Positions 1 to 10,087 of a stretch of DNA of 64,000 bases are shown one piece after another. The stretch is from a bacterium (GTDB taxonomy: Bacteria > Cyanobacteriota > Vampirovibrionia > LMEP-6097). Under the pieces are notes generated by a model, which saw only the letters and a program-made list of their open reading frames with translations, searched no databases and was not told where the DNA came from. The stretch is from the NCBI GenBank assembly GCA_038146805.1, contig JAYQSH010000003.1, forward strand, positions 48,519-112,518, read 5' to 3'. Numbering within the stretch: the first letter of the stretch is position 1; the number at the start of each line of letters is the position of its first letter. A program made the translations under genes and the position numbers.

Positions 1-889
1 GTAAGGTTGAAACTAAAGTACCCAAAAATACCAAAAAGGCGATTGCTAAAGCATCATGACTTGAGACACCAATAAATGCAAGTAAATAAATATAACTTGC
101 TTCCTTGGCGCCAACACCTTTGACTGCTGGAATCACAAAACTAAGTAAGGTAGAAGTAGGCACCACAATAAACCAATACCAAAAAGGAACCTCAGCAAAA
201 CTTACAGCACTTGCAAGAGCCGCAAAAATATTACTTAACATCAAAAAAACATGGGTTAAAAAAGTCCACAAAACAACAGTCCAAAAACTTTTTTTGCAAC
301 GAGTATATTGCTCTAAAGCATATTTAATTTTTTTTACAATACCAATATTAATTTTTGACCAGAGAAAATAGCTTGCATAAATAAAAATCATCGCTCCAAA
401 GCTAATCCACAAAAGCATTTCAGTTTTAGCAGGGATAGCATCATGGAAGCGGCTAAACTTCAAAGCAACTAAGGCAATTGGCATCAAAGCAAACATCATT
501 GTAAAACCAAAAAGTCTTTCCATCATGACCGTACTTGCCGCTTTTAGCCATGCTTTATCTTTGCGACCAAGTTCATAAGAACGCCATGCATCACCACCAA
601 AATTACTTGGCAAAAAATTATTTCCAAAAGAAGCTTCAAAATACATTTTGAGTGCGAGCGGATACGACAAATTATAGTCAAGTTGATTGGCTAAAATGCG
701 CCAGCGATAGGCGTTGGTAAAAACAGTGCCAAATAAAGCAAAACAACACATGATAAACCATTTCCAATCTGAATTTTTTAAAGTGATAAAAGTTTCTTTG
801 ATATCAAGCTTCATATACTTGACCAGCAACACTGCAATTGCCAATGAAATAAAAATTTTAAGAGCTAAGGTAAGTTTTTTTTTCATATA
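1..889 (-). CDS. polytopic membrane protein, flippase-like / lysyl-phosphatidylglycerol-synthase TM-domain (UPF0104) family; N-terminal part only, gene continues beyond window start
   Basis: Manual translation of the reverse strand from ATG at 889..887 (MKKKLTLALKIFISLAIAVLLVKYMKLDIKE...WRILANQLDYNLSYPLALKMYFEASFGNNFLPSNFGGDAWRSYELGRKDK...) stays open to position 1 and has about 8 hydrophobic helices. It is absent from the ORF track because no stop lies in the window. The plus-strand ORFs 105..371 and 714..905 look like antisense artefacts. Confidence 0.55.
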
Positions 890-890
890 C

Positions 891-2054
891 TTAAGACTTT
901 TGTAAATAAATAACTGGATTTTGTGGCTTACCTTTTGATCTCAACTCAAAATGTAAATGCGGACCAGTTGCATAGCCAGTTGCACCCTCATGACCGATAG
1001 TGTCACCTTGTTTCACCCTATCACCAACTTTAACTTTTGCTCTATCTAAATGAGCATACAAAGTAGAAAAACCCTTTGAATGATCAACAATAACCACTTT
1101 GCCATAGCCACCATACCAGCCTGAATAAATCACCAAACCACCCTCAGAAGCTTTGATATCAGTACCTCTAGGTGCCGCAAGATCTATACCGCTATGCATA
1201 CTACGAACACCAAAAATCGGGTGACGACGCGGACCAAATGGAGATGTGATCCGAGCAACAACAGGATATCTAAAATCACCTGTCGCATCAGGGTTATCAA
1301 GCTTATCACCAGAAAGCTCAGTAATCTTATACATAAGCTTTACTGACTCACGTTCAAGTTGTCTTTCACCTTCTTCATAGATTTTTCTCTCACCTTGCAC
1401 TTTAAGTAAAACCTGTCTTTGAGCTTCTTTTTGTTTACCAATTTCATTTTCTAATCCATATAAACGATTATTGATTTGTTCAATTTTTTTTGCTTCGACT
1501 GCAAGCGTTTCATTATATTTAGCTATATTTTCTGATTGATCAACAAGAGCTTCTAAAACTTTTTTATCGTATTTCATTATACGTTTTTGGTAATAGATAT
1601 GATCTAAATAGTCAGTAACACTTGCTGTATCTAAAAGACCATTGATCATATTTAAACGATTTTGTTTATAAATAGAAAGAACTCTTTGCTTAGCCTCATC
1701 TTGAAGTTTAGTTTTGTCAGAATTTATTTCACTAAGTCTTTCTTTGGTTTTATTCCACGCTTCTTTGTTGGTTGCCAAATACTGTTTATTCAAACGTAAA
1801 TCACTTTGTGCTTTGCGCAATTTAGAATTAATAGTTTTAAGTTTTTCTGAAGCATAAGCTTCTTTGAGTCTAGCTTCTTTGAGTTTAGTTGCTATATCTA
1901 ATTTTTTTTTGGTTAGATCATGTAAAATTTTTTCTTTTTCATGCAAGCTCATAGTATCAGCCGCAAATAAAGGCAAAAGTGCAGTAAGCAAAAAGCTTAA
2001 AAGCATTAAAATTATTACCATTTTTGCAAAGGAGAATTTCTTTTTTTGCGCCAT
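891..2054 (-). CDS. M23/LytM family metallopeptidase with N-terminal membrane anchor and long coiled-coil region
   Basis: C-terminal M23 motifs HSGIDLAAPRGT ... GPHLHFELR; N-terminal hydrophobic segment then K/E/L-rich heptad-like region. Confidence 0.9.
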   Translation of the reverse strand: MAQKKKFSFAKMVIILMLLSFLLTALLPLFAADTMSLHEKEKILHDLTKKKLDIATKLKEARLKEAYASEKLKTINSKLRKAQSDLRLNKQYLATNKEAWNKTKERLSEINSDKTKLQDEAKQRVLSIYKQNRLNMINGLLDTASVTDYLDHIYYQKRIMKYDKKVLEALVDQSENIAKYNETLAVEAKKIEQINNRLYGLENEIGKQKEAQRQVLLKVQGERKIYEEGERQLERESVKLMYKITELSGDKLDNPDATGDFRYPVVARITSPFGPRRHPIFGVRSMHSGIDLAAPRGTDIKASEGGLVIYSGWYGGYGKVVIVDHSKGFSTLYAHLDRAKVKVGDRVKQGDTIGHEGATGYATGPHLHFELRSKGKPQNPVIYLQKS

Positions 2055-2108
2055 AAGTGATCCTTATATCAGTATAATTTTACCTTGAAAACTCTTTAGT
2101 TGAAAGAC

Positions 2109-3260
2109 TTAAACCTTGCTAGTTTTGTATTTATTAAGCATTTCTGAGTGTATTAACAATAAATCTTCTAAAGATGGGTTTTTAATTATTTGATGAGCTT
2201 GCATTTCTTTTTCGATGATATTACAAATTTGCAAGTATTTAATTTCTTCTTGCAAAAACAAAGCAACCGCGGCTTCATTAGCAGAGTTATATACCGCAGG
2301 CATAGAATGTGCCAAATTACCAGCCTCATAAGCAAGAGCCAATGCCGGAAATTTTTTAAGATCTGGTTTTTCAAAACTCAAATTAGGGTAAGCAAAAATA
2401 TCAAAATCTTTTTTTGTTTGAATAATGTTTTTGTTTGGATAATCAAGTGCATATTGAATTGGCACCATCATATCTGGCTCACCCATTTGTGCAATAGTAT
2501 TACCATCCACAAAACTCACTGCACTATGAATAATTGATTGTGGATGAATAACCACTTTTATTTGTTGGTAATCTAAATCAAAAAGTGTTTTTGCTTCAAT
2601 CACTTCTAAACCTTTATTGACAAGTGTGCTTGAATCAATAGTGATTTTTGCACCCATAGACCAATTAGGATGTTGCAAAGCTTGTTCTAAAGTTACACTT
2701 TCTAACTGTGCTAAAGAAAAAGTTCTAAAAGGACCTCCTGAGGCAGTAAGCAAAATCTCTTTAACATCGTTTTTTTTGTAATCACCCAAAGCATGATGAA
2801 TAGCAACATGTTCACTATCAACAGGAATCAATTGAGTATTAAATTCTTTGATTTTTTGATTTACCAAATGACCAGCGGCAACCAATGTTTCTTTATTGGC
2901 AATTGCAAGTCTTTGAGCATTTTCAAGTGCAATTAAATTTGCCTCAAGCCCAGCAATACCAACGATAGCACTCAGGCAAATATCAACATTTACACTTGCA
3001 ATTTCTTTTATATCTTTTAAAACTTTTATATCAGGAAATAATTCTTGTATTTTTTTTTGATCGTCAAAAGATTTGATACTAATAAATTTTGGTTTAAATT
3101 CTTGTATTTGTTTTACCAAGAGCTCAAAATTAGATCCTGCACTTAAAGCGATAATCTCAAAATCATTTTTTCTATTGCGAACAATATTAAGCGCTTGAGT
3201 TCCAATTGAACCAGTTGAGCCAATAATAGTTAAGGTCTTTGCTTGAGTGCTAGTTTGCAT
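2109..3260 (-). CDS. dxr: 1-deoxy-D-xylulose 5-phosphate reductoisomerase
   Basis: N-terminal NADPH motif LTIIGSTGSIGTQAL; 383 aa; overall Dxr-like sequence. Confidence 0.93.
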   Translation of the reverse strand: MQTSTQAKTLTIIGSTGSIGTQALNIVRNRKNDFEIIALSAGSNFELLVKQIQEFKPKFISIKSFDDQKKIQELFPDIKVLKDIKEIASVNVDICLSAIVGIAGLEANLIALENAQRLAIANKETLVAAGHLVNQKIKEFNTQLIPVDSEHVAIHHALGDYKKNDVKEILLTASGGPFRTFSLAQLESVTLEQALQHPNWSMGAKITIDSSTLVNKGLEVIEAKTLFDLDYQQIKVVIHPQSIIHSAVSFVDGNTIAQMGEPDMMVPIQYALDYPNKNIIQTKKDFDIFAYPNLSFEKPDLKKFPALALAYEAGNLAHSMPAVYNSANEAAVALFLQEEIKYLQICNIIEKEMQAHQIIKNPSLEDLLLIHSEMLNKYKTSKV

Positions 3261-3302
3261 TAGTTTAATTATAACTTGTTAACACTCACTAGGTACTATT
3301 AA

Positions 3303-3536
3303 GGGCGTGCTTCCAAACCCGTAATAAGTATCTCGAGTCTTTAGATTTGGGCATAAGTAGGGTTTGGTTAGACACGCCTAACAAAAGAATCAAACACCGT
3401 CGCTTAGTGAGTTTCACGCAGTGAAACAAGCTAAGCGTAAGGTCGTTTGTGGGACTGATTTCTAACCCCATTTTCTAGTGATTTTAACATTTCACTGTAT
3501 TTTAAAATTCAAAATGGGGTTTGGAATCAGTCCCAT
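3303..3536 (+). repeat. 234-bp highly structured dispersed repeat, copy 1 (plus orientation)
   Basis: Near-identical copies at 18581..18814 (reverse) and 33755..34177 (interrupted by a MITE). Three extended hairpins: GGGCGTG..CACGCC, CGCTTAG-GTTTCAC-gcag-GTGAAAC-CTAAGCG, and GGGACTGATT..AATCAGTCCC. Confidence 0.85.
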
Positions 3537-3554
3537 TAACAGCACCTAAGATTT

Positions 3555-3773
3555 TTAGGAGCTTATTGATCTTAGAGAATTTTTAATTTGTTGTTCAGAA
3601 CGCTGACTAGCACTGTAATTTCTTGAGGATTGCACTAGTTGATTTAGTGTTTGCTGGTCTTGTTGAGCAATTGTATCTGCAATGTTGATATTGTGAAAAA
3701 CATTATTGCCCCTCGCATCTCGAAAAGGATCATAAATTTCTGCAATTACTTTTTTTGTTTTAACTTCTTTCAT
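3555..3773 (-). CDS. hypothetical small protein (72 aa)
   Basis: ORF only; tandem with two further small minus-strand ORFs. Confidence 0.4.
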   Translation of the reverse strand: MKEVKTKKVIAEIYDPFRDARGNNVFHNINIADTIAQQDQQTLNQLVQSSRNYSASQRSEQQIKNSLRSISS

Positions 3774-3776
3774 TTT

Positions 3777-4178
3777 CTAGCTCACATTTGAAAACTCAGC
3801 AACTCTTGCGTTTGTAGCAAAAACCCACATCACGTTAATTTCATCTTGATAAGCTTTTTCATTTTCAGATCGAGTAGTGACCGTTTCTTTTAATTTAGCG
3901 CTTGCAGTTTGAGTCCATGCAGTATCACTTTTACTCAAATCTTGTACTATTGCAGCAACTGCTTGTCTAACTTCGGTAGAATTTTGAGGAGTAGAAGTTT
4001 GAGGAGTAGAATTTGCTTGAGAAGTACCAGGCAATGTTTCTGGAATTTTTGCTTGTTGTGGTTCTGTTACTTTTAATGCATCTACAGTTGAGCTTTTAAT
4101 TGAGCCAGAAGACTTTATGGGCTTTGGTGCACTTATTAATTTATTTGCTTCTACAGATTTATTTAGTTCTCCAGCCAT
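3777..4178 (-). CDS. hypothetical protein, S/T/Q-rich (133 aa)
   Basis: ORF, 3-nt spacing to downstream ORF, low-complexity N-terminal half. Confidence 0.45.
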   Translation of the reverse strand: MAGELNKSVEANKLISAPKPIKSSGSIKSSTVDALKVTEPQQAKIPETLPGTSQANSTPQTSTPQNSTEVRQAVAAIVQDLSKSDTAWTQTASAKLKETVTTRSENEKAYQDEINVMWVFATNARVAEFSNVS

Positions 4179-4322
4179 AAAAATTTCCTCTAACTATAAT
4201 GTGTCAGTTTTAAGTTAAGCTTTGGTTATAAAATCACTAAAAAAAGATTTTTTTTATGATAAATAATTAAAATTACTCAAGCTAATTTAAATAGAGCCTC
4301 AAGCAAGTCTAAATTTGAAGAA

Positions 4323-4742
4323 TTATACATTTGAAGATTCAGCAGCAAGTTTACCAATACCACTAAATAAATCGCCAATCGCTTTTGTAAAAACAACTAG
4401 ATTTTCAGCCGTTGCTTTTGCTGCATTTGCTGAACCTTCAATAGCAGCTCGATCACGAGCAGCATTAGCTGGACCATTCATAGCATCAAATTTTTCCGAA
4501 ATATTTGCTATTGCTTGACCCGGTGCAGATTGACCAAAGCTACTAAAAAAAGTAGGATTAAGCCCCATACCGGGACTCACAAAAGCTAAAAAATTAATTC
4601 CAGAACTTGAAGCACTTGGAGCACTTGCTTGGGCAGGTGTAGAGCTTGATGCAACATGATTAATTGACATAGCATAATCTCTATTGTTTGGTATTTTAGT
4701 ATCAAAAGACAAATCCATAACTATATACTTGCAAATATTCAT
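4323..4742 (-). CDS. hypothetical protein (139 aa; true start possibly the internal Met at MDLSF)
   Basis: ORF; Ala/Ser-rich; no recognisable domain. Confidence 0.45.
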   Translation of the reverse strand: MNICKYIVMDLSFDTKIPNNRDYAMSINHVASSSTPAQASAPSASSSGINFLAFVSPGMGLNPTFFSSFGQSAPGQAIANISEKFDAMNGPANAARDRAAIEGSANAAKATAENLVVFTKAIGDLFSGIGKLAAESSNV

Positions 4743-4766
4743 TAAGCTTGGGTTAAATATCTTTAT

Positions 4767-4800
4767 TAAGACACTTCGGACCGTGTTATTTTTGTCTCAC
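4767..4800 (+). repeat. REP unit (taagacacttcggaccgtgttatttttgtctcac) upstream of RAYT gene
   Basis: Same ~34-bp unit recurs at 5594..5664, 25191..25226, 34211..34243, 52511..52544, 53890..53962 and 55375..55408, in both orientations. Confidence 0.8.
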
Positions 4801-4871
4801 AATTAGGTGCTGCTAACAGTAGCTAGGTAGTTTCACTGAATTTTATTTGGCAAGCGCTAAGATAAATTCTT

Positions 4872-5591
4872 ATGCCAAGAAAAAACAGAAAATTATTCGC
4901 CGACGCTATTTACCATGTATATTCAAGGGGTAATTGCAAAAAAGAAATTTTTAAATCAGACAAAGACAACAAAATATTTTTAAAGATTTGCCAAGTTGCC
5001 GCAAAAAAATTCAATTTTGCAATTTTTTCTTATGCGCTCATGAAAAACCATTATCATCTTTTAATACAAACACCTGATGCAAACCTGCCGGAGATCATGT
5101 GCTTTATCAATCGAACATATGCAAATTACTTCAATAAAGAATATCAACAAGTAGGCTACGTTTTTCAAGGCAGATATAATGCCAAACTAGTTGACGATAA
5201 TGAATACTTGAGGACTTTAATTGCTTATATAAATCTTAACCCCTATGCCGCAAACATTGTCACTGAACCAAGTACATACAAATGGTCAAGTTGCAAAGAA
5301 CTATTAATGCAAAAAGACTTCAATGGTTTTTTGCATATTAACTATGTTTTAAAACTCACTGGAGATTTTGCCAGCTTTTTAGAGGCACACATCTACGATA
5401 AAAACTTAAAAATGGACTCAGAAATTTTTTACCTGACAAGCAAACTAAAATCACTTTTAAATTCAGACGCATTTGAAAAATTAAATAGCAAATCTCAGGT
5501 AAGAAAACTCAAAGAAGAATATAAGTTAACAGCAAAAGAAATAAGCTCGGTTATAAACTTGTCTAGAAGCAGTGTTTATAGATTAATCTAA
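4872..5591 (+). CDS. REP-associated tyrosine transposase (RAYT), IS200/IS605-type Y1 HUH enzyme with C-terminal HTH-like extension
   Basis: HUH motif HYHLL, catalytic-Tyr context FQGRYNAKLVDD, flanked on both sides by inverted REP units. Confidence 0.75.
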   Translation: MPRKNRKLFADAIYHVYSRGNCKKEIFKSDKDNKIFLKICQVAAKKFNFAIFSYALMKNHYHLLIQTPDANLPEIMCFINRTYANYFNKEYQQVGYVFQGRYNAKLVDDNEYLRTLIAYINLNPYAANIVTEPSTYKWSSCKELLMQKDFNGFLHINYVLKLTGDFASFLEAHIYDKNLKMDSEIFYLTSKLKSLLNSDAFEKLNSKSQVRKLKEEYKLTAKEISSVINLSRSSVYRLI

Positions 5592-5593
5592 TA

Positions 5594-5664
5594 AATGAGA
5601 CAAAAATAACCCGGTCCGAAGTGTCTTATAAATGAGACAAAAATGACACGGTCCGAAGTGTCTT
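5594..5664 (-). repeat. REP doublet (two tandem 34-bp units) downstream of RAYT, opposite orientation to the upstream unit
   Basis: aatgagacaaaaataacccggtccgaagtgtctta then aatgagacaaaaatgacacggtccgaagtgtctta. Confidence 0.8.
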
Positions 5665-5908
5665 AGTAGACAGAAACTAATTTTCTGCCACGTTTTTGTT
5701 CAAATTTTACTTTACCTTCAATAATTGAGTACAAAGTATCATCACGACCGCGACGCACATTGTTACCCGGGTGAAACTTAGTACCACGTTGACGAACGAT
5801 AATGTTACCAGCAATAACCACTTGACCGTCATAACGCTTAACTCCAAGTCTTTTAGACTCTGAATCTCTTCCGTTTTTAGTACTACCTACACCTTTTTTT
5901 GATGCCAT
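5663..5908 (-). CDS. rpmA: 50S ribosomal protein L27
   Basis: [25 protein letters not shown]...[11 protein letters not shown]; no N-terminal propeptide. Confidence 0.95.
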   Translation of the reverse strand: MASKKGVGSTKNGRDSESKRLGVKRYDGQVVIAGNIIVRQRGTKFHPGNNVRRGRDDTLYSIIEGKVKFEQKRGRKLVSVY

Positions 5909-5929
5909 TTTTAATTCCTTTTATAAAGC

Positions 5930-6253
5930 TTACGCCGCTACTGAAGCGTTGATTTTATTGATTTTCAGTTTTGTGTATTGCTGTCTGTGACCTTGTTTAC
6001 GTCTGTAGCCTTTTTTAGCTCGCATTTTGTAAACCAAAACTTTTTTATCTTTGTTTGTACCGATAATTTCAGCATCGATACTTGCGTTTGCAATAATTGG
6101 CGCACCAATATTAGCAGAGGCAGTATCAGAAACCATCAAAACTCTATCTAAAGTGAGTTTTTCACCAATTTCTTTATCCAGAAGGTCAACTTCTATATAT
6201 TCACCTTCTTCAACTTTATATTGTTTATTATTAATCTCAACAATTGCGTACAT
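5930..6253 (-). CDS. rplU: 50S ribosomal protein L21
   Basis: MYAIVEINNKQYKVEEG...; conserved rplU-rpmA order. Confidence 0.92.
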   Translation of the reverse strand: MYAIVEINNKQYKVEEGEYIEVDLLDKEIGEKLTLDRVLMVSDTASANIGAPIIANASIDAEIIGTNKDKKVLVYKMRAKKGYRRKQGHRQQYTKLKINKINASVAA

Positions 6254-6329
6254 AACTCAAAGAATTGTAGCATTTTGCTTATTTTAGATGTCTAATGTAA
6301 ATATATATAGATTGTTAAAGATTGTGGCG

Positions 6330-9300
6330 TTACGCTGACAGGTTCCATGAAGCCTCTCCTAATTGAACTTTCTCTTTTTGATTAGCAAGCATTATATCCA
6401 AAACATTTGTTGAAGAAAATGGATCTGCTTGTATCCACAAGTCTAATCCAGGTCCTACCGGAGCAGGTCTAGCTGGCGGTCGAGGTACAGCCGGTTCTTC
6501 TGCTTTAACTGGTGCTGGAGCAGGTATCTTAGCTCTTTGAGTTACTGCTTGATAATCATTTTCAAAAAGCTCTAAAAATCTTGCAAAAGAAGAAAGTGAC
6601 TTAGCAAATTCATCTCTTGAAATCATTGTTGTTAGTTGACTTTCTCTTCTTGTCAAATTCTCGTTACCAAAAACTAGATTTAAGTATTCAAACACTGATT
6701 GTTCATCAGCTGCTCTACCTAAGAAGCTCTCAGGATTTGATAGAGATTGAGGATAAGTCTCTCTCAAGAAAGTAGAGATTCTTGAACCTAATTCATTTTT
6801 AAATGCAGTAACATTTAAACTACCATCATTATTGATATAACCCGCTACATACAATCTATCTATGAACTCTTGCTCTGTCATATTTGGATTATATTCTTCA
6901 CCATAGTTATTAAATCTATTAATAAAGTCTGTAGCAGCTTGAGCATTAGCTCTTGCTTCAGAGCTATTATCGACAGGAACAACTTGCCCTCTTTCATTGG
7001 TGTTATAAAGTTCAGCGGCTGTTCTATTAGGATCATAAATCATGCCAAATCTGTATGCTAACTGCATAAGCTGTGAAAAATCACCATTAATATTGACTTC
7101 TCTTGTTTGTCTATCAACATCAAAACCAAGATTTTGCACCAAGCTATCTAAAGCTCTAGGATTAAGATCATATCTAACACTATGATCAGCTTCTTTAAAG
7201 GCTTTGTAAGGTTCATAAAATCGTAAATCTCTATCAGCAAAAGCTAAAAGTGAGTCAGATAGTCTTTCATCATTACTATTAATAAAATCCAATGCATCTC
7301 CATCAGCACTTCTTAATAGAGCATCAAAAACTCTAAATCTAGCTGCCATATCATCATCACCAGAGAAACTAATCTCTTCTAAATATTTTTCATAAGCATT
7401 GGCAAAAGCTCTATTATTAGGATCCATTAATTTTTCTCTAAAAGCTTTCATATCAAAATCTTGTGGTCTAACAAGATCAAAATCAAAAGCAGCATAACTT
7501 TTTAAATCTCTTGCAATACCAGGATCAACACTCTCTGCTTGTCTCATCTTAAAGAGTTGCATTAAAGCTCTTCTTTGAGCATCTATATCAGTAATCCCAG
7601 CTTTTGTTAAATCTTCAACTAAATCCTTATTCTTATCGATAATAGATGCTGGAATAGAATCAGATTGATATAACTGATAAAACTCTGTTAAATTCAAATC
7701 TAATTGATTCTTGTATTTGTCTTCAGCAAGAAGAGTATTAAGTTTTGCCATTTCAGCTTTTAAACCTAATCTATCAAACTCAAGTGCATCTAGATACATC
7801 AAACCAGCATTATCATTATCACTAGCACGAAACTCATTAGCAGCAGTAACTAAATCAGCGATATCACTATCAAAACTCTCTGGTAACTTACCAATAGAGC
7901 TAAGGTATTCTCTGATTTTAGTAAGTTTTCTATGATTAGGACTTTCACCTCTTGCAATCTGCAAGCCAATATCAGTGATTAAGTCATTTATATAATCAGA
8001 ACCTGAACCACTCATACCATCTGCAAAAGCAGCAAAAATTTTCATTGTCTCTGAACCACCAAGCTCTTGAGTTTCAGGTGGAATATTTAAACCTAGTGCA
8101 GCAATAATGCTATCAAAATTTGTATCTAAAGTTACTGCAACTTTAGAGATGTCCGTTTCAGCTAAAGAACCTACAATACTATCAATTGCAGATTTTACAG
8201 CCTCATCAGCAAGTTTGGTATCGATAGTAGCAACATCATGACCGTAAAGTGCTAATTTTGTTCTTAAAGCTTCGTCAATTCTGTCTCTAAGATCAGCTTC
8301 AGGATCAAGATCAGCTTCAGGATCAATATCTACGCCTTGTTGTTTTTGGTTAATTCTTTCAACAAGAATTCTTGAGATATAACCTTTAAGTGATTCATTT
8401 AGTCTATCATTTAATCTCGGTAATGAAGCCACTTGCTCTTGATAAGTTGTTTGAGAAAGACTCATTTGATGAATAGTTCTCTTTAATGTCTCTACACCCT
8501 CTGCATAGATAGCTTTTGCTTCATCAATAGCCTTATCAACACTAACTTGAGCTCTAGAACGAAGTTGAGTTTTAATCTCATCCATCTTTATATTTTCAGA
8601 TTTAGTATAGTTTTCAAGCTTTCTAACTTTAACATCAGCAGGTTTAGAATGATCATACTCAACAGCATTAACAACCCACTGATTATTATCAGCATCATGT
8701 TGTTTTACAACTGTCGTAGTTTTATCATTATCAATATATCGATAGACTTTGTATTGATTTATATCAAAATCCTCAGCTTCAACATTGATACCCATAGTTT
8801 TAAGAAGTTTAGTTTTTTTATCACCTGTTATTTCTACATCATGATTAATTAATCCAGTAGTAAAAGTAGCAGTACCAGCAGCAGTTAAAATAGCTATTTT
8901 ATCTGCTTCTGCTGCTGTATCAATAATACCTACTCTTATCACATCCATTAATTGAGCTAGTTCTTCTTCAGTGATTTTTTCACCACCATCGCTATTTGCC
9001 TCACAAAAACCATCTGCTCCAGTAGCACCTGCATAAATTAACTTTTTGAGATTGGTCTTAGTAGCATCATCAAACGAAGAAATTAAACAATGAAGGACAT
9101 TATTTCTTTCTTTCCAAGCTTGCATTAAATCTGCTGAATATCTCATTGAAGATTCGTAATCATTGTTATCAAAAACAGCAAAAATCTCTTCTAACTGTTT
9201 TACTCTCTCTTCAAAATTCTGAGCAGTAGTTCCTGCTGTCTTCACCTCAGAATAAAGAGACTTATCAACAACTGCATCATTATATGTTTTTGTGCTAGAA

Positions 9301-9962
9301 TTATATTCACCATTGTTATAAGTAAAGAACTGCATATCAGCAGCTCTAAGTTTAGGATTAAATACTCTTATAAAATCAACAAATTCTTGTACTCTTGCTT
9401 TCTTGTCTTTTGGTTCAGCAGTGCTAATCGCATCAGAGAGAGTCTTACGATGAGCTTGTAACATCTCCGTAATCTCATCTCTAACATTATCAACCATCCC
9501 TGATTTAGACTCATCAAAAAGAGTTAAAACTTGTGCCATCTGTCTTGGATCAGATACTCTTGTTAAAGATCCGTTTGTAACCAGTTCATCAACATCACCA
9601 CGAAGATCAGCTAGGGTAAGATCATACTCTGATCTTGCACCATTATCACTAGTATAAATGTTACTTGTTTTGTATACTTCAATCTTACCTTCACCGTTTA
9701 ACCTAATTCTTAAACCGAAAGTTGGATTTGCGTACCTATCACCTTCTTCAAAAACTAAAATAAAATCATTATCTGCAAGTTGATCAACTCGAATTTTGTC
9801 ATCATCGCTATAGTTCGTATACCACTGATCTAGAAACTCTGTTTTAGGAACTTCATCATTAGGACCAGCGTATAAAGTATCTACTAATTGTGTCACTCTT
9901 TGAGGTAAATTTGTTGTTTGATTTGCATAGATCGAAGCTGAATTAATATCGTTCATATACAT
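6330..9962 (-). CDS. very large hypothetical acidic protein (1210 aa) with internal DLDPEA tandem repeat and Pro-rich C-terminus
   Basis: Long uninterrupted ORF with normal codon periodicity; no recognised catalytic motif; repeat DLDPEADLDPEADL near 8291..8336; C-terminus PAPAPVKAEEPAVPRPPARPAPVGPG. Confidence 0.7.
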   Translation of the reverse strand: MYMNDINSASIYANQTTNLPQRVTQLVDTLYAGPNDEVPKTEFLDQWYTNYSDDDKIRVDQLADNDFILVFEEGDRYANPTFGLRIRLNGEGKIEVYKTSNIYTSDNGARSEYDLTLADLRGDVDELVTNGSLTRVSDPRQMAQVLTLFDESKSGMVDNVRDEITEMLQAHRKTLSDAISTAEPKDKKARVQEFVDFIRVFNPKLRAADMQFFTYNNGEYNSSTKTYNDAVVDKSLYSEVKTAGTTAQNFEERVKQLEEIFAVFDNNDYESSMRYSADLMQAWKERNNVLHCLISSFDDATKTNLKKLIYAGATGADGFCEANSDGGEKITEEELAQLMDVIRVGIIDTAAEADKIAILTAAGTATFTTGLINHDVEITGDKKTKLLKTMGINVEAEDFDINQYKVYRYIDNDKTTTVVKQHDADNNQWVVNAVEYDHSKPADVKVRKLENYTKSENIKMDEIKTQLRSRAQVSVDKAIDEAKAIYAEGVETLKRTIHQMSLSQTTYQEQVASLPRLNDRLNESLKGYISRILVERINQKQQGVDIDPEADLDPEADLRDRIDEALRTKLALYGHDVATIDTKLADEAVKSAIDSIVGSLAETDISKVAVTLDTNFDSIIAALGLNIPPETQELGGSETMKIFAAFADGMSGSGSDYINDLITDIGLQIARGESPNHRKLTKIREYLSSIGKLPESFDSDIADLVTAANEFRASDNDNAGLMYLDALEFDRLGLKAEMAKLNTLLAEDKYKNQLDLNLTEFYQLYQSDSIPASIIDKNKDLVEDLTKAGITDIDAQRRALMQLFKMRQAESVDPGIARDLKSYAAFDFDLVRPQDFDMKAFREKLMDPNNRAFANAYEKYLEEISFSGDDDMAARFRVFDALLRSADGDALDFINSNDERLSDSLLAFADRDLRFYEPYKAFKEADHSVRYDLNPRALDSLVQNLGFDVDRQTREVNINGDFSQLMQLAYRFGMIYDPNRTAAELYNTNERGQVVPVDNSSEARANAQAATDFINRFNNYGEEYNPNMTEQEFIDRLYVAGYINNDGSLNVTAFKNELGSRISTFLRETYPQSLSNPESFLGRAADEQSVFEYLNLVFGNENLTRRESQLTTMISRDEFAKSLSSFARFLELFENDYQAVTQRAKIPAPAPVKAEEPAVPRPPARPAPVGPGLDLWIQADPFSSTNVLDIMLANQKEKVQLGEASWNLSA

Positions 9963-10087
9963 ATATAGCTAAGTAATACAGGTTTTTGATAATAATTTCT
10001 TATCAAAAACTAAGACTAGCTCACTTTGTAGAATTAAGAACTAGTTAAGACACATTAAGGTCTTATTAAGATAAAAGGAAAATCAAC

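Noticed and set aside
105-905. Plus-strand ORFs 105..371 and 714..905
   Set aside because: The opposite strand encodes a continuous, clearly membrane-protein-like frame starting at 889 and running off the window; the plus-strand ORFs are antisense artefacts
2186-2537. ORFs 2186..2374 (-) and 2190..2537 (+) inside dxr; similarly 13831..14145, 37306..38325, 52572..52973, 55413..55706 and others
   Set aside because: Embedded in or antisense to well-supported longer genes; low-complexity translations typical of off-frame reading in AT-rich DNA
3289-3471. 60-80-aa ORFs (3289..3471, 18463..18645, 33681..33923) predicted inside the 234-bp structured repeat
   Set aside because: They lie wholly within a repeat whose conservation pattern is structural (hairpins, G-U wobble substitution) and have no SD; copies differ by frame-disrupting changes
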